This document shows positions 10,318 to 18,713 of a stretch of 64,000 nucleotides of DNA, piece after piece (within the stretch, counting starts at the first letter, position 1; each line of letters starts with the position of its first letter). The stretch is from the IMG/VR virus record IMGVR_UViG_3300033997_000141, positions 21,535 through 85,534 of that record. One strand, written 5' to 3'. Below the pieces are notes generated by a model that was not told where the DNA came from, did no database searches, and saw only the letters and a list, made by a program, of their open reading frames with translations. The stretch comes from a virus. Both the position numbers and the translations under genes were made by a program.

Positions 10318-10692
10318 ATGCTCATAAAATTCTCCCCCGTCCGCTCTGACAGCGGCGACATACTGATCGATGTAGAGGGGGACACCATCCTCGTGGATGG
10401 GGAAGTTTTTGACTTCGGGCCAATGGGTATGGGGGACAGACTGCCGTCTGATGCCTGCACCCCTAATCCCTTTTTCGGCAATATCACGAGAGGCCCCCAC
10501 GGCATTGAGCTAATGGTCGTGCTCCCCCATGGAGCTAACGCCTCACACGCCCGACGGTTCCCGGAGCCAATAATCATGACGGAGCCTGGCAGCGTCTCTG
10601 CGCTTTTGCCCCCCTACGACGAGGTGATTACACCCCCGCAGCCTGAAAGCTCCGAAGAACCTAGCCTGGAGATTGATAATGGCAACAATTGA
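10318..10692 (+). CDS. Tail fibre-associated protein
   Basis: MLIKFSPVRSD..GEVFDF...LP..A...LPHG....ARFPEPI family, typically found right after Pseudomonas phage fibres. RBS GGAGAGG. Confidence 0.7.
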   Translation: MLIKFSPVRSDSGDILIDVEGDTILVDGEVFDFGPMGMGDRLPSDACTPNPFFGNITRGPHGIELMVVLPHGANASHARRFPEPIIMTEPGSVSALLPPYDEVITPPQPESSEEPSLEIDNGNN

Positions 10693-10957
10693 TTGGAGCA
10701 GGCTGGTGACCGCAGAGGAGATAGTCGCTGAGGAGTTGGCTATGGCCATCAAAGCCGCACAAGCACAAATTTCGGTGCGTAGGTTGACTGCCGACGGCAT
10801 GATCGGCGCTCTGCAAGACGCTGTAGACCTCGGCGAGGCGACCCCCGAAGAGGAAGCCAAGCTGCTGGAGTGGAAGCGGTACCGGATCGCGTTGATCCGC
10901 GTGCCGAACCAACCAGGTTACCCTATCGAGATCACCTGGCCGGTTGTTCCGGCGTAA
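10679..10957 (+). CDS. Tail fibre assembly chaperone (Tfa-like)
   Basis: LQDAVDLGEAT.EE.AKL..WKRYR..L.RV..QPGYP..I.WP motif. Confidence 0.88.
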   Translation: MATIDWSRLVTAEEIVAEELAMAIKAAQAQISVRRLTADGMIGALQDAVDLGEATPEEEAKLLEWKRYRIALIRVPNQPGYPIEITWPVVPA

Positions 10958-10978
10958 CGCAGTAGCAAGGAGGCTGAC

Positions 10979-11497
10979 ATGGCGAGGATTTCGATTGATG
11001 AAGCTGGTGGCCAGAACGTCGTGGCGTACCTCGACATGTTGGCCTTTGCGGAAGGCACGTCTACCTCGCGCTTCACGCGCGACGACGGGTATGACGTGAT
11101 GGTGGGCGGGATCGATCTGACCCCGAATGACGGCGTGGATGACGCGCCGAAGACGTTTAGCAGTTATGCCGACCATCCTAACAAGCTGATCACAGTGAAC
11201 ACGAAGGGACTGAAGTCAACCGCAGCCGGCCGCTACCAGCAGCTGTCACGCTACTGGCCCGCGTACAAGAAGCTGCTGAAGCTGCCCGACTTCGGGCCCG
11301 TCAGCCAGGACAAGCTCGCGATCCAGTTGATCCGCGAGCGGCGCGCACTCGATGACGTGAAGGCTGGCCGCATCGAGGACGCGATCTACAAGTGCAACAA
11401 CATCTGGGCTTCGCTCACGGGGTCCAAGTACGGCCAGAAGACCTGGCCGCTGGCGACCCTGATGAAGGTCTACTTGGACAAAGGCGGTAACCTCTGA
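10979..11497 (+). CDS. Endolysin, lambda R-type lytic transglycosylase
   Basis: AYLDMLAFAEGT, GYDV, STAAGRYQ, DFGP.SQD, WASL.G..YGQ motifs. Confidence 0.93.
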   Translation: MARISIDEAGGQNVVAYLDMLAFAEGTSTSRFTRDDGYDVMVGGIDLTPNDGVDDAPKTFSSYADHPNKLITVNTKGLKSTAAGRYQQLSRYWPAYKKLLKLPDFGPVSQDKLAIQLIRERRALDDVKAGRIEDAIYKCNNIWASLTGSKYGQKTWPLATLMKVYLDKGGNL

Positions 11498-11811
11498 TGC
11501 CGGTGGGATTGCAAACGTGGGACGCCTCTGGACGGTTAATGCTTGATGCCACAAACCGGATTGGACGGATCTTGACCTCCTTCAACACCGGAGGTTCTAA
11601 CGGGTCGGTAAACGTCCCAGGATTGGTAGGAGCTGGCACGCCGTTCTACTACGTGACAGTTGATCTCGACAACCTCGTCCAGTGTGCATTCCCCGCAGTC
11701 AGCATTTCTGGCAGCACAGTCAGCTGGACCTTCATTGACTACGAGCGGACCTTGTACCCCTACGGCGCGGCCCCTAGGATACCTGTCACGGTCAATGTTG
11801 GAGTGTACTGA
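11497..11811 (+). CDS. Putative tail-tip accessory protein
   Basis: GLQTWDASG...LD N-terminus and beta-rich sequence. Similar genes usually follow gpJ. Confidence 0.6.
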   Translation: MPVGLQTWDASGRLMLDATNRIGRILTSFNTGGSNGSVNVPGLVGAGTPFYYVTVDLDNLVQCAFPAVSISGSTVSWTFIDYERTLYPYGAAPRIPVTVNVGVY

Positions 11812-12509
11812 TGACAGCGGGTTTGACAGTGTTCATGGATCAGGGGGTCCTTCAGCTCGACTCAAGCATGAAGACCTCCATGCTCGTACTGAGGATGACT
11901 TACACTGGGCCCTACACGACACCAGGTAACATGCCCTACGCGGGCACTTGGTACTACTTCACCATCACAGTTCCGGCCAACGTAAAGTACCTGTGCTTCT
12001 CGTCCCCGAACCCAAATCTGGGCATTGCTCTGTTCAGGAAAAGCGGAACCAGCCATGAGTTCGTGACCAACATCCAGGGCACGATCGATATCTACGGTTT
12101 CGCCGATGGCGTTGGTACCTCTACCACCAACTCGGGCCTGCAGCTGTTCGATGAGAGTGGAACCCTGACCTTCGATTCCGACAATAGGTTCATGCGCATC
12201 TCGGATACGTTTGTTGCGCAGCCTCCTGGTTACCCACCCGGAGGGGTTGCCAAACCATGGCCTAGCTCAACACGCAAGTATGCGGCCGGTATCGGGTTTT
12301 ATGGGACAAGATGGCAGGGGGCATACTTAGGTGGCGCCCCTTGGGGTATCCTGGCCACCTACGGACTTCGTGTAGGCCCTACCGAGGTATACGGAGGGGA
12401 GACCTGGATCTACGCCCGCCCTTGGGGCGGTGGTGGTGACCCCGCGCCTACTGACACGCCACGCCACCCCGCACCAACCGTTCTGGTGATCGACGTGACG
12501 GATCTTTAG
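11811..12509 (+). CDS. Putative tail-tip accessory / receptor-binding protein
   Basis: Two copies of a GL..F...G...(L/F)DS motif (AGLTVFMDQGVLQLDS; SGLQLFDESGTLTFDS) and an ..IDV end. Translationally coupled to the previous gene. Confidence 0.6.
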   Translation: MTAGLTVFMDQGVLQLDSSMKTSMLVLRMTYTGPYTTPGNMPYAGTWYYFTITVPANVKYLCFSSPNPNLGIALFRKSGTSHEFVTNIQGTIDIYGFADGVGTSTTNSGLQLFDESGTLTFDSDNRFMRISDTFVAQPPGYPPGGVAKPWPSSTRKYAAGIGFYGTRWQGAYLGGAPWGILATYGLRVGPTEVYGGETWIYARPWGGGGDPAPTDTPRHPAPTVLVIDVTDL

Positions 12510-12529
12510 CGTATACAATCGCCCGAAAT

Positions 12530-12546
12530 TTGACAGGGGATGTCAA
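12530..12546 (+). promoter_or_regulatory. Inverted repeat TTGACA-GGGGA-TGTCAA enclosing the RBS of the i-spanin
   Basis: Perfect 6-bp inverted repeat ending 1 nt before ATG 12548. TACAAT lies at 12514-12519. Confidence 0.4.
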
Positions 12547-12547
12547 T

Positions 12548-12937
12548 ATGCCACTCACGATGATCACCTCGAAAACCACAGGCTGGCTGCTCGTCGTCCT
12601 CTTGGTCATCACCTTCGCCCTGGGCGCGCTCCTGACCCTCACGATTCAGGACCGCAACCTGGTCAAGCAGACGCTCAAGGAAACCAAGCAGGAGCTGAAG
12701 CAGGAGAAAGCCGAGAGCCAGCGCCAGGAGGGCAACTTCAACGGCTGCCTCGGTGCCCTGGGCCAGATCAACCAGGCGATCGCCAAGAACGCTGCCGATG
12801 CTCAGCAGAGCAACGTTGAGGCGCGGGCCCTGGCCACCTCCTCGATGGCCCAGCTGCCCAAGCTGATCCGACAGGACCGCACCTTGGCCGCGCAGCCGGC
12901 CACCGCCACCCAGTGGGTGAAGGGTCTGTTCCGGTGA
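12548..12937 (+). CDS. Inner-membrane spanin (Rz-like)
   Basis: Single N-terminal TM segment followed by a coiled coil with one Cys. Overlaps the downstream lipoprotein gene. Confidence 0.7.
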   Translation: MPLTMITSKTTGWLLVVLLVITFALGALLTLTIQDRNLVKQTLKETKQELKQEKAESQRQEGNFNGCLGALGQINQAIAKNAADAQQSNVEARALATSSMAQLPKLIRQDRTLAAQPATATQWVKGLFR

Positions 12938-13254
12938 CGGCTCACGCCCTGGCGCTGGCCATCGCGCTGATCACCCTGCAGGGCTGCACCCGGGCGGTGG
13001 AGCCCGTGCAGCCGCCGGCCCAACCCTACGAGGTGAAGGTGCCCGTGCTGGTGAAGGCCACGCCGCCTGACAGCCTTGCCCTGCCCTACGTCCCCACCGA
13101 ATTCCCCACCTTCGTCAACCCGGACGCGCCGGGCGTGGTCTATGGTTTGACCAAGGAGGGCTGGGAGCGCTTGCAAACCATCCTTCGGACGCTGCACACT
13201 CGCGACCAAGCCTGGCGGAGCTGGGCAACTGGACATGGAGAGCCCAATGAGTGA
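12934..13254 (+). CDS. Outer-membrane spanin (Rz1-like lipoprotein)
   Basis: GTG start overlapping the upstream TGA. Signal peptide with lipobox-like LQGC, then a Pro-rich segment. Confidence 0.72.
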   Translation: MTAHALALAIALITLQGCTRAVEPVQPPAQPYEVKVPVLVKATPPDSLALPYVPTEFPTFVNPDAPGVVYGLTKEGWERLQTILRTLHTRDQAWRSWATGHGEPNE

Positions 13255-13681
13255 TGCCCGCTTGATGCGGTTTGCCTACACCCCCAACGGCACCTTCGGG
13301 CGCCTGGTGGTAGGCGGCAAAGAGTTCTACACGGTCGAGCGACCGTGGAAGGACAACCAATCCAACGTGAGCTGCATCCCCGAGGGGCGTTACACCCTCC
13401 GCATGCGCGACTCTGGTGTGGTGACCCGATCCACTGGCGGGGCCTACTCCCGCGGTTGGGAGGTCACCAACGTCAAGGGTCGATCGTTCATCATGATCCA
13501 CCCAGGGAACACCGTTGACGACCTGCAAGGCTGCATCGCCCCGGGCAAGCAGCTGGGCGTGGTCAACGGCAAATGGGCGGTCGCCAGCAGTCGGCCGGCA
13601 TTTGACGAACTGATGTCGATCCTGGCGGGTCAAGATGAGTGGAACCTCACCATCGACTTCAGCAACGGCTACGCCGGCTGA
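13247..13681 (+). CDS. DUF5675-family protein (putative L,D-peptidase-like cell-wall enzyme)
   Basis: TFGRL...YTVERPW..N....SCIPEG.Y and IMIHPGN..DD..GCI..G motifs. Confidence 0.8.
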   Translation: MSDARLMRFAYTPNGTFGRLVVGGKEFYTVERPWKDNQSNVSCIPEGRYTLRMRDSGVVTRSTGGAYSRGWEVTNVKGRSFIMIHPGNTVDDLQGCIAPGKQLGVVNGKWAVASSRPAFDELMSILAGQDEWNLTIDFSNGYAG

Positions 13682-13693
13682 CCAGGTGCCGAC

Positions 13694-14038
13694 ATGAATA
13701 CTGACTCGCTCATCAATCTTGTCGTAGACGTCTTCCCTTTCCTGATGTACGGCGCTGTCCTGTTCAAGGTTTGGCAGAGCTGGTCCAAAGTCAAGGTCAG
13801 CGCAGACGCGGCCCGGCGCCACCGAATGGCGGCCATCCTGATCCTGTTCAGCGTCGTCGTTATCTGCCTGCTGGGCGCGAATGCCTACGCTTTCGTCGCC
13901 ACCGGCAAGACCTACCTGTCGATCAGGGGCTTCCAGATTTTCTTGGTGGGCAACTGCATCGTGTACTGGCTGGTCATCGACATCCTGACGAAGGACTCGA
14001 TCCCAGAGCAAGGACACGAACGTGAATCTGCCGGTTGA
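13694..14038 (+). CDS. Membrane protein, about 3 TM, holin/antiholin candidate
   Basis: Three hydrophobic segments, within the lysis region. Confidence 0.55.
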   Translation: MNTDSLINLVVDVFPFLMYGAVLFKVWQSWSKVKVSADAARRHRMAAILILFSVVVICLLGANAYAFVATGKTYLSIRGFQIFLVGNCIVYWLVIDILTKDSIPEQGHERESAG

Positions 14039-14399
14039 GCTGCTGGATAAGCTGCAGGAGTACGCCTACTCAGGCACGCTCGGCGCTTTCGCAGCTCTGG
14101 TGGGCTACCTGTACCAGGTGGCCCGATCGCCGGGCAACAAGGTCAGCGTGTTCATGATTTTCACAACCATCGTGATCGGGTTCTACTTGGGGGTGGTGTT
14201 CGGTTCGTTCATTCCCAAGAGCTGGGACAACCGAGATGCCGTGCTGCTGCTCGTAGGAGCCACGGGCTTGAAGGGATTCGAGATCGTCGTTGGCTGGGCC
14301 AAGTCGGCGATCCCGAACTTGCTGAAGGCCATCCTCCAGGGCGCCGCGGGGGCGGCAGGAGGCGGCGGAGAAGAGGGGAAGAACAACGAGGGCAGCTAA
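14022..14399 (+). CDS. Putative holin
   Basis: Two to three TM segments and a charged C-terminus. Last gene of the lysis region. Confidence 0.6.
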   Translation: MNLPVELLDKLQEYAYSGTLGAFAALVGYLYQVARSPGNKVSVFMIFTTIVIGFYLGVVFGSFIPKSWDNRDAVLLLVGATGLKGFEIVVGWAKSAIPNLLKAILQGAAGAAGGGGEEGKNNEGS

Positions 14400-14410
14400 C
14401 GCTGCCCTCG
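14387..14410. terminator. Hairpin at the convergence of the late (+) and replication (-) transcription units
   Basis: CGAGGGCAGC-TAAC-GCTGCCCTCG, a perfect 10-bp stem with the holin stop codon in the loop. U-tract is weak. Confidence 0.55.
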
Positions 14411-14415
14411 GCGTT

Positions 14416-14670
14416 TCAGGCGTGTGTCCACTCGAAGCGGCCATACAGCAGGCTGCCGTCCGGCTCCTTATACATCATCTCGTCTTCCCGCGACTCGATG
14501 TGCTTGATGCGCTTGACGTGCACCTGCTCAGGGATGGTCAGGTGCAGGTGCTCCAGCTTGCCTTCCGGGCTGACTCGGCGGTACTGGCCAACCAGCTTGA
14601 TCACCAGCGGGCTGCCGACAGGCGCCAGGTGGCAGGCGGGGTTGAAGTGGTCGTACTCGTTCAAGGTCAC
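14416..14670 (-). CDS. Hypothetical protein
   Basis: 84-aa ORF coupled to the SbcC-like stop, with RBS AGGAG. Confidence 0.7.
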   Translation of the reverse strand: MTLNEYDHFNPACHLAPVGSPLVIKLVGQYRRVSPEGKLEHLHLTIPEQVHVKRIKHIESREDEMMYKEPDGSLLYGRFEWTHA

Positions 14671-16913
14671 ACTCCTACGTTGATGATGTGCTCCGCCAGC
14701 GCCTGATCATTCTCGCGGTGAGTGATCAGCAGCACCTGCTTCGCCGACGACGCCAGCATAGCAGCCATCCCGCTGGCGTTGCGCTCGTTGCACGACTCGG
14801 TGGGTTCGTCGAAGGAGAGCAGACTGTCGCTGCCGTACAGCGCGCGGGACAGCCCGATCCTCAGCGAGGTACCGATGAAGGCTCGCTGCGCACCAGAGGC
14901 GCTGCTGGTGGGCGCCAGCACACCGTCCTCCTCGAACTGGAAGTCGCCCTCCACGTTCTCCAGGCGGGTGATGGTGCCGGCCGAGGCATCGCTCACCAGG
15001 CGGCTGGAGATGGCCAGGATGCTGTCCCAGACCTGCTTCATGTAGCCCTGGCGGCCATCGCGCAGGAAGCGGACCAGGCGCTCGCACTTCTTGGCCTCGG
15101 CTTCCGCCTCGAGCGCCGCCTTGTCCTGCTCCACCAAGGCGTCAACCGCCGACTTGGCGATATCCACCAAGTTGGACTGGTGGTGCAGCTCGGTGCGGGC
15201 GGCGGATTCGCAGGTGCTCAGCTCCGAGTGGCGATCGCGCCACTGCTGGTGCGCAGCCAGGTAACCCTGGTAGGCCTGCTCGGCGGCTTCGATTTCTTCG
15301 TCGGTGGGTGGCTCCGGCAGCTCTGCGTACTGCTCGTCCAGCTCCTTGACCTTGGCCTTTGCCTCGTCCAGTTGCTTGGTGGCGCGGGAGAGAGCTGCCA
15401 TGTCGGCGTCGATGCGCTGGTTGTGCGCCTGCACCGACTTCAGTTCCTCCTGGATGGCGGCGTACTCCTCGCGCGCTTGCTGCTGGGTGCCCTCGGCGTC
15501 GTTGATCTGCGAGTCGTCCACCTTGGTGAGGTTGTCCAGATTGGCCTGGGCCACACCGAGCTTGCGCTCGGCCTCGCCAACGGCATCCAGGGAGGCCTGG
15601 GCCTTCGCATCCTGATCTTCCAGGGACTTCAGCTCTGCACGGGCGAATACCTCGGCCCGTGAGGCGTTGCTGGCCACCTTGCGCACTTCAGTCAGCTGGC
15701 CGGTGATATCCTCCAGCTCCTTGCGCAGCTGTTCTGGGTCGTGGTCTTCCTTTGCATGCCCACAGGTGGGGCACTTGGCCCCCGCGGCCAGCTGCTTGGT
15801 GTTGCGCTCACGCAGTTCCAGCTCGTTAAGCGTCTGGAGGGCCACGTTGCTGGCTTTCACCGCGGCTTCCAGCTTGTCTTCGGCCTCCTGCAGCAGACCT
15901 ACAGCGCTCGGCTGCAATACCGCGTCCTCGGCCTGTTTCAGCTCAGCCTTGCGGGCGTCCACGGTGCGCAGGGCCAGCGCGTAATCCTGCTGATCGCGGC
16001 GCAGGGCTTCGAGCAGGGTCTTCGCGGCCACACCCTTGTCGTAGGCGATCTTCTGCTTGGCCTGCAGCTCCTCCGGGTCCTTCTTGGCCTGGCCCTCCAC
16101 GCGCGCCTGAGCCTCCGCTACGGCTGCTTCGGCTGTCGGCACCGCGGCCTCTGCACCTTCCAGCACAGCCAGAAGGACTGCGGCCGCCTGGGCGTCCTTG
16201 CGCATCTCCGGCGCCCGGTTGGCTACGACCTCACCGGCGAACTCGCCGAAGGCCTCCAGCTCCTCCTGCGCGGCCGTGTGGGCGGCGTTGGCAGCGTTCC
16301 AGGCGCCCGTGGCGGCCTCGTGGTTCTCACGGGCGGTGGCCAGCTGTTCCGGCAGCGGGCGATTCTCGGCGCGGGCGTTCAGGCGGCTGGCGCGCAGCTG
16401 CGCAGCCTGCTGCACACGCTCGATCACATCGACCCCTGCGTGCTCCTCGACCTTGCGGTTGAGCGCGGTGGCGCCGAAGGTCAGGATGCCGGCCGATTCG
16501 CCCTGGCGCGACTGGATGAACAGGTTGTAGTCCTTCGAGGGCAGGCCCAGCAGCTCCTCGATGGCGGTCTTCACCGGCGTGGTGCCGTTGGCCACCAAGT
16601 CGTCGGCCGGCTCGCCCGCTGCCAGTATGCGCTTCAGCTTGGCCGTGGACTTGTCGCGGGCCACCTGGTAGGTGTTGCCGTCCAGGCCTTTGAAGCACAG
16701 GTCCAGGCCGAAGTTCTTCTGTCCCCAAGTGGGGATGTGCTCGGCCTTGCCCGGGACAACGCTCACACCGAACAGCGCGGCTTCGATGGCTTGCAGCAGC
16801 GTGGATTTACCGGCGAAGTTCTCGCCCGCGATCACGTTCAGGCCTGGGCCGAACGCGCACTCGAAGTCACCGAGTTTCTTGAAGTTTTTGGTCTTGAGGG
16901 AGATCAGTTGCAT
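14667..16913 (-). CDS. SbcC/Rad50-like ATPase (recombination nuclease subunit)
   Basis: Walker A GENFAGKST, coiled coil with zinc hook CPTC, signature ASGAQ, Walker B FDEPT, H-loop ITH. Confidence 0.92.
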   Translation of the reverse strand: MQLISLKTKNFKKLGDFECAFGPGLNVIAGENFAGKSTLLQAIEAALFGVSVVPGKAEHIPTWGQKNFGLDLCFKGLDGNTYQVARDKSTAKLKRILAAGEPADDLVANGTTPVKTAIEELLGLPSKDYNLFIQSRQGESAGILTFGATALNRKVEEHAGVDVIERVQQAAQLRASRLNARAENRPLPEQLATARENHEAATGAWNAANAAHTAAQEELEAFGEFAGEVVANRAPEMRKDAQAAAVLLAVLEGAEAAVPTAEAAVAEAQARVEGQAKKDPEELQAKQKIAYDKGVAAKTLLEALRRDQQDYALALRTVDARKAELKQAEDAVLQPSAVGLLQEAEDKLEAAVKASNVALQTLNELELRERNTKQLAAGAKCPTCGHAKEDHDPEQLRKELEDITGQLTEVRKVASNASRAEVFARAELKSLEDQDAKAQASLDAVGEAERKLGVAQANLDNLTKVDDSQINDAEGTQQQAREEYAAIQEELKSVQAHNQRIDADMAALSRATKQLDEAKAKVKELDEQYAELPEPPTDEEIEAAEQAYQGYLAAHQQWRDRHSELSTCESAARTELHHQSNLVDIAKSAVDALVEQDKAALEAEAEAKKCERLVRFLRDGRQGYMKQVWDSILAISSRLVSDASAGTITRLENVEGDFQFEEDGVLAPTSSASGAQRAFIGTSLRIGLSRALYGSDSLLSFDEPTESCNERNASGMAAMLASSAKQVLLITHRENDQALAEHIINVGV

Positions 16914-17143
16914 GTCGCGCTCCAGGTAAGTTTTTCACCAGTCAGAAGGGCCGCGCCCTGCTTGGCGCCACGCAGGGATTTGTAGGCTCGTGGCAACTCC
17001 ATGTACTGTTTACCCCCGCAGCGGTCAGAGCCGCTGTCGAGGTAATGGCGCTGCGGATTGTCGTCATAGCGGTAGATGTACAAATCGTTACCGTGAGCGT
17101 CTTTGGCCTTGGCTACTTGAATCTCTTTAGGGTATGTAGCCAT
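16904..17143 (-). CDS. Hypothetical protein
   Basis: 79 aa, RBS AAGGAG, lower GC than neighbours. Confidence 0.65.
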   Translation of the reverse strand: MATYPKEIQVAKAKDAHGNDLYIYRYDDNPQRHYLDSGSDRCGGKQYMELPRAYKSLRGAKQGAALLTGEKLTWSATCN

Positions 17144-17333
17144 TTCGTGCTCCTTTGATCACGAGGCGAATAGTCACGGCCAGCAGCGTGGGCTGCGGCC
17201 GCCAGTGAGGCTGAGAAATCATTAGGTCAATGGCTGCCTGGCGCTCAGCCTCGATCATGCGTGCCAGGGTCTTGCCCTGGCGCCGGGCTGACAACATGAA
17301 GTGGCGCGGCGGCCAATCGGCTACGTTGCTCAT
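17127..17333 (-). CDS. Hypothetical protein with ARRQGKT motif
   Basis: 68 aa, ATGA-coupled to the SbcD-like gene. Confidence 0.6.
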   Translation of the reverse strand: MSNVADWPPRHFMLSARRQGKTLARMIEAERQAAIDLMISQPHWRPQPTLLAVTIRLVIKGARNGYIP

Positions 17334-18412
17334 CCCTTCGCTTCCAGCAGTAGCTCCTCGAAGATCGGCAGCAGGTCACTGCCGGCCAGGTCCTTGCGCA
17401 AGGCCGTTTCCAGGTCGTCCAGCTGCACCTGCTCGAGGCTGGTGTCCACATCGGCCAGGGAGTCCTTCAGCGCGACCTTGTTGCGCACCGCCAGCAAGCT
17501 GTTATCCATGCTTTCTGGGCCCGTCACGCAATCCCCGGCCTTCCACACTTCGGCCATGAACTGCGACACTTCGTGGGCGTTGGCCGCCGTGTCCTGGCCG
17601 ACCACATCCACGAACTGGACGCCAAGCAGGTCAGGAATCTCCTCGCCCAGCTTGACCTCGCGGTACCGCGACTTCTCGGACCAGATCAGCTCCTTCTCGT
17701 ACTCAGCGGTTTCGAGGTCGAGGTGGTAGATGTACTTGTCGCCGACGTCGTGGAAGCTGGTGGGGTGGGTGTTGCCCATGACCACCACCCGCCCGTCCAA
17801 GTGCGTGGAGCCGTTGTGCTCATGGCCGATGAAGATCAGGTCGAAGCTCTCAAGCAGCTGCTCGGCGAACTCGGCCGGCAGGTTGAGGGTGTTGTCGGTG
17901 ATCGCCAGCGGGAAGTCGTAGTTGCAGTGCAGCATCAGGACGCTGGCCATGCCGTCGCGATGCACCGCGGCGTGGTTGGCTGCGTCCTGGCACGCGGCCA
18001 GGAACAGCTCCTGGCTGGCGTGGTGCGGGACCATGTAGACGCCGGCCAGCTGGGTGCCGTCGAAGTGCTCGAAGTACGGGTTGGACAGATCCGGTGCGCG
18101 GCAGATCGGCGCACCGGCCTCCTCGACCAGCTGCAAGGACGTGATCGTGCCCTCCCGATTGGTCTCGTCGTGGTTGCCCGACAGGGTCATCCGGCAGCCA
18201 CTGGCCACCTTGATGCCCTGGGCGATGATGCGCTCCTGGTTGAACGCCTTGTCGAATAGGTCGCCCAGGCAGAACACAGGGTGCTTGGCGCGCTGCACGA
18301 CGCCCATGGCCTGCTCATAGAGCTGGTCCTGCAGCCGCTGCGCCGACGTGCGCGTGGTGTGCGCCTGGCGGTTGACCCCCAGGTGGGGGTCGGTTATCAG
18401 GGTGATTTTCAT
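17330..18412 (-). CDS. SbcD/Mre11-like metallophosphoesterase nuclease
   Basis: DPHLG, GDLFD, GNHD and GHEH motifs. Confidence 0.92.
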   Translation of the reverse strand: MKITLITDPHLGVNRQAHTTRTSAQRLQDQLYEQAMGVVQRAKHPVFCLGDLFDKAFNQERIIAQGIKVASGCRMTLSGNHDETNREGTITSLQLVEEAGAPICRAPDLSNPYFEHFDGTQLAGVYMVPHHASQELFLAACQDAANHAAVHRDGMASVLMLHCNYDFPLAITDNTLNLPAEFAEQLLESFDLIFIGHEHNGSTHLDGRVVVMGNTHPTSFHDVGDKYIYHLDLETAEYEKELIWSEKSRYREVKLGEEIPDLLGVQFVDVVGQDTAANAHEVSQFMAEVWKAGDCVTGPESMDNSLLAVRNKVALKDSLADVDTSLEQVQLDDLETALRKDLAGSDLLPIFEELLLEAKG

Positions 18413-18525
18413 CCAATCAGGCTCCAGATTTTGTTCAACAGCGCCGCCGCGATGGGCAGTGCCGCGATCACGAGGATAGTGGCGAGCAGCGCCACCGCCA
18501 GACGTTTGCGAGTTTCCTTTGACAT
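18409..18525 (-). CDS. Small single-TM membrane protein
   Basis: MSKETRKRLAVALL..., RBS GGAGG. Confidence 0.55.
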   Translation of the reverse strand: MSKETRKRLAVALLATILVIAALPIAAALLNKIWSLIG

Positions 18526-18569
18526 AGCCTTCCCTCCTGGGAACGTGTTGGCAGCAACGCTGCCGGGGG

Positions 18570-18713
18570 TTACATGAACAGCAATTTGATGTCGTACATC
18601 TGGTTGAGGATCAGAACGGCGCCATAAGCGCCGAGTGCGAAGCCCATGCCGCGCAGGTACCACACGGCGAGGACCCCAGAGGCGAAAACGAACGCTTCTT
18701 TGAGCCCGCGCAT
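18570..18713 (-). CDS. Small hydrophobic protein (47 aa, not in the ORF track)
   Basis: MRGLKEAFVFASGVLAVWYLRGMGFALGAYGAVLILNQMYDIKLLFM. ATG overlaps the ligase stop (TGATG). Confidence 0.5.
   Translation of the reverse strand: MRGLKEAFVFASGVLAVWYLRGMGFALGAYGAVLILNQMYDIKLLFM

Noticed and set aside
8513-12509. Diversity-generating retroelement or invertible tail-fibre cassette
   Set aside because: No reverse transcriptase, invertase or near-identical TR/VR copy was seen. Fibre repeats are diverged at the DNA level.
17127-17333. Terminase large subunit
   Set aside because: Only a 7-residue Walker-A-like match in a 68-aa ORF, with no Walker B or nuclease domain.
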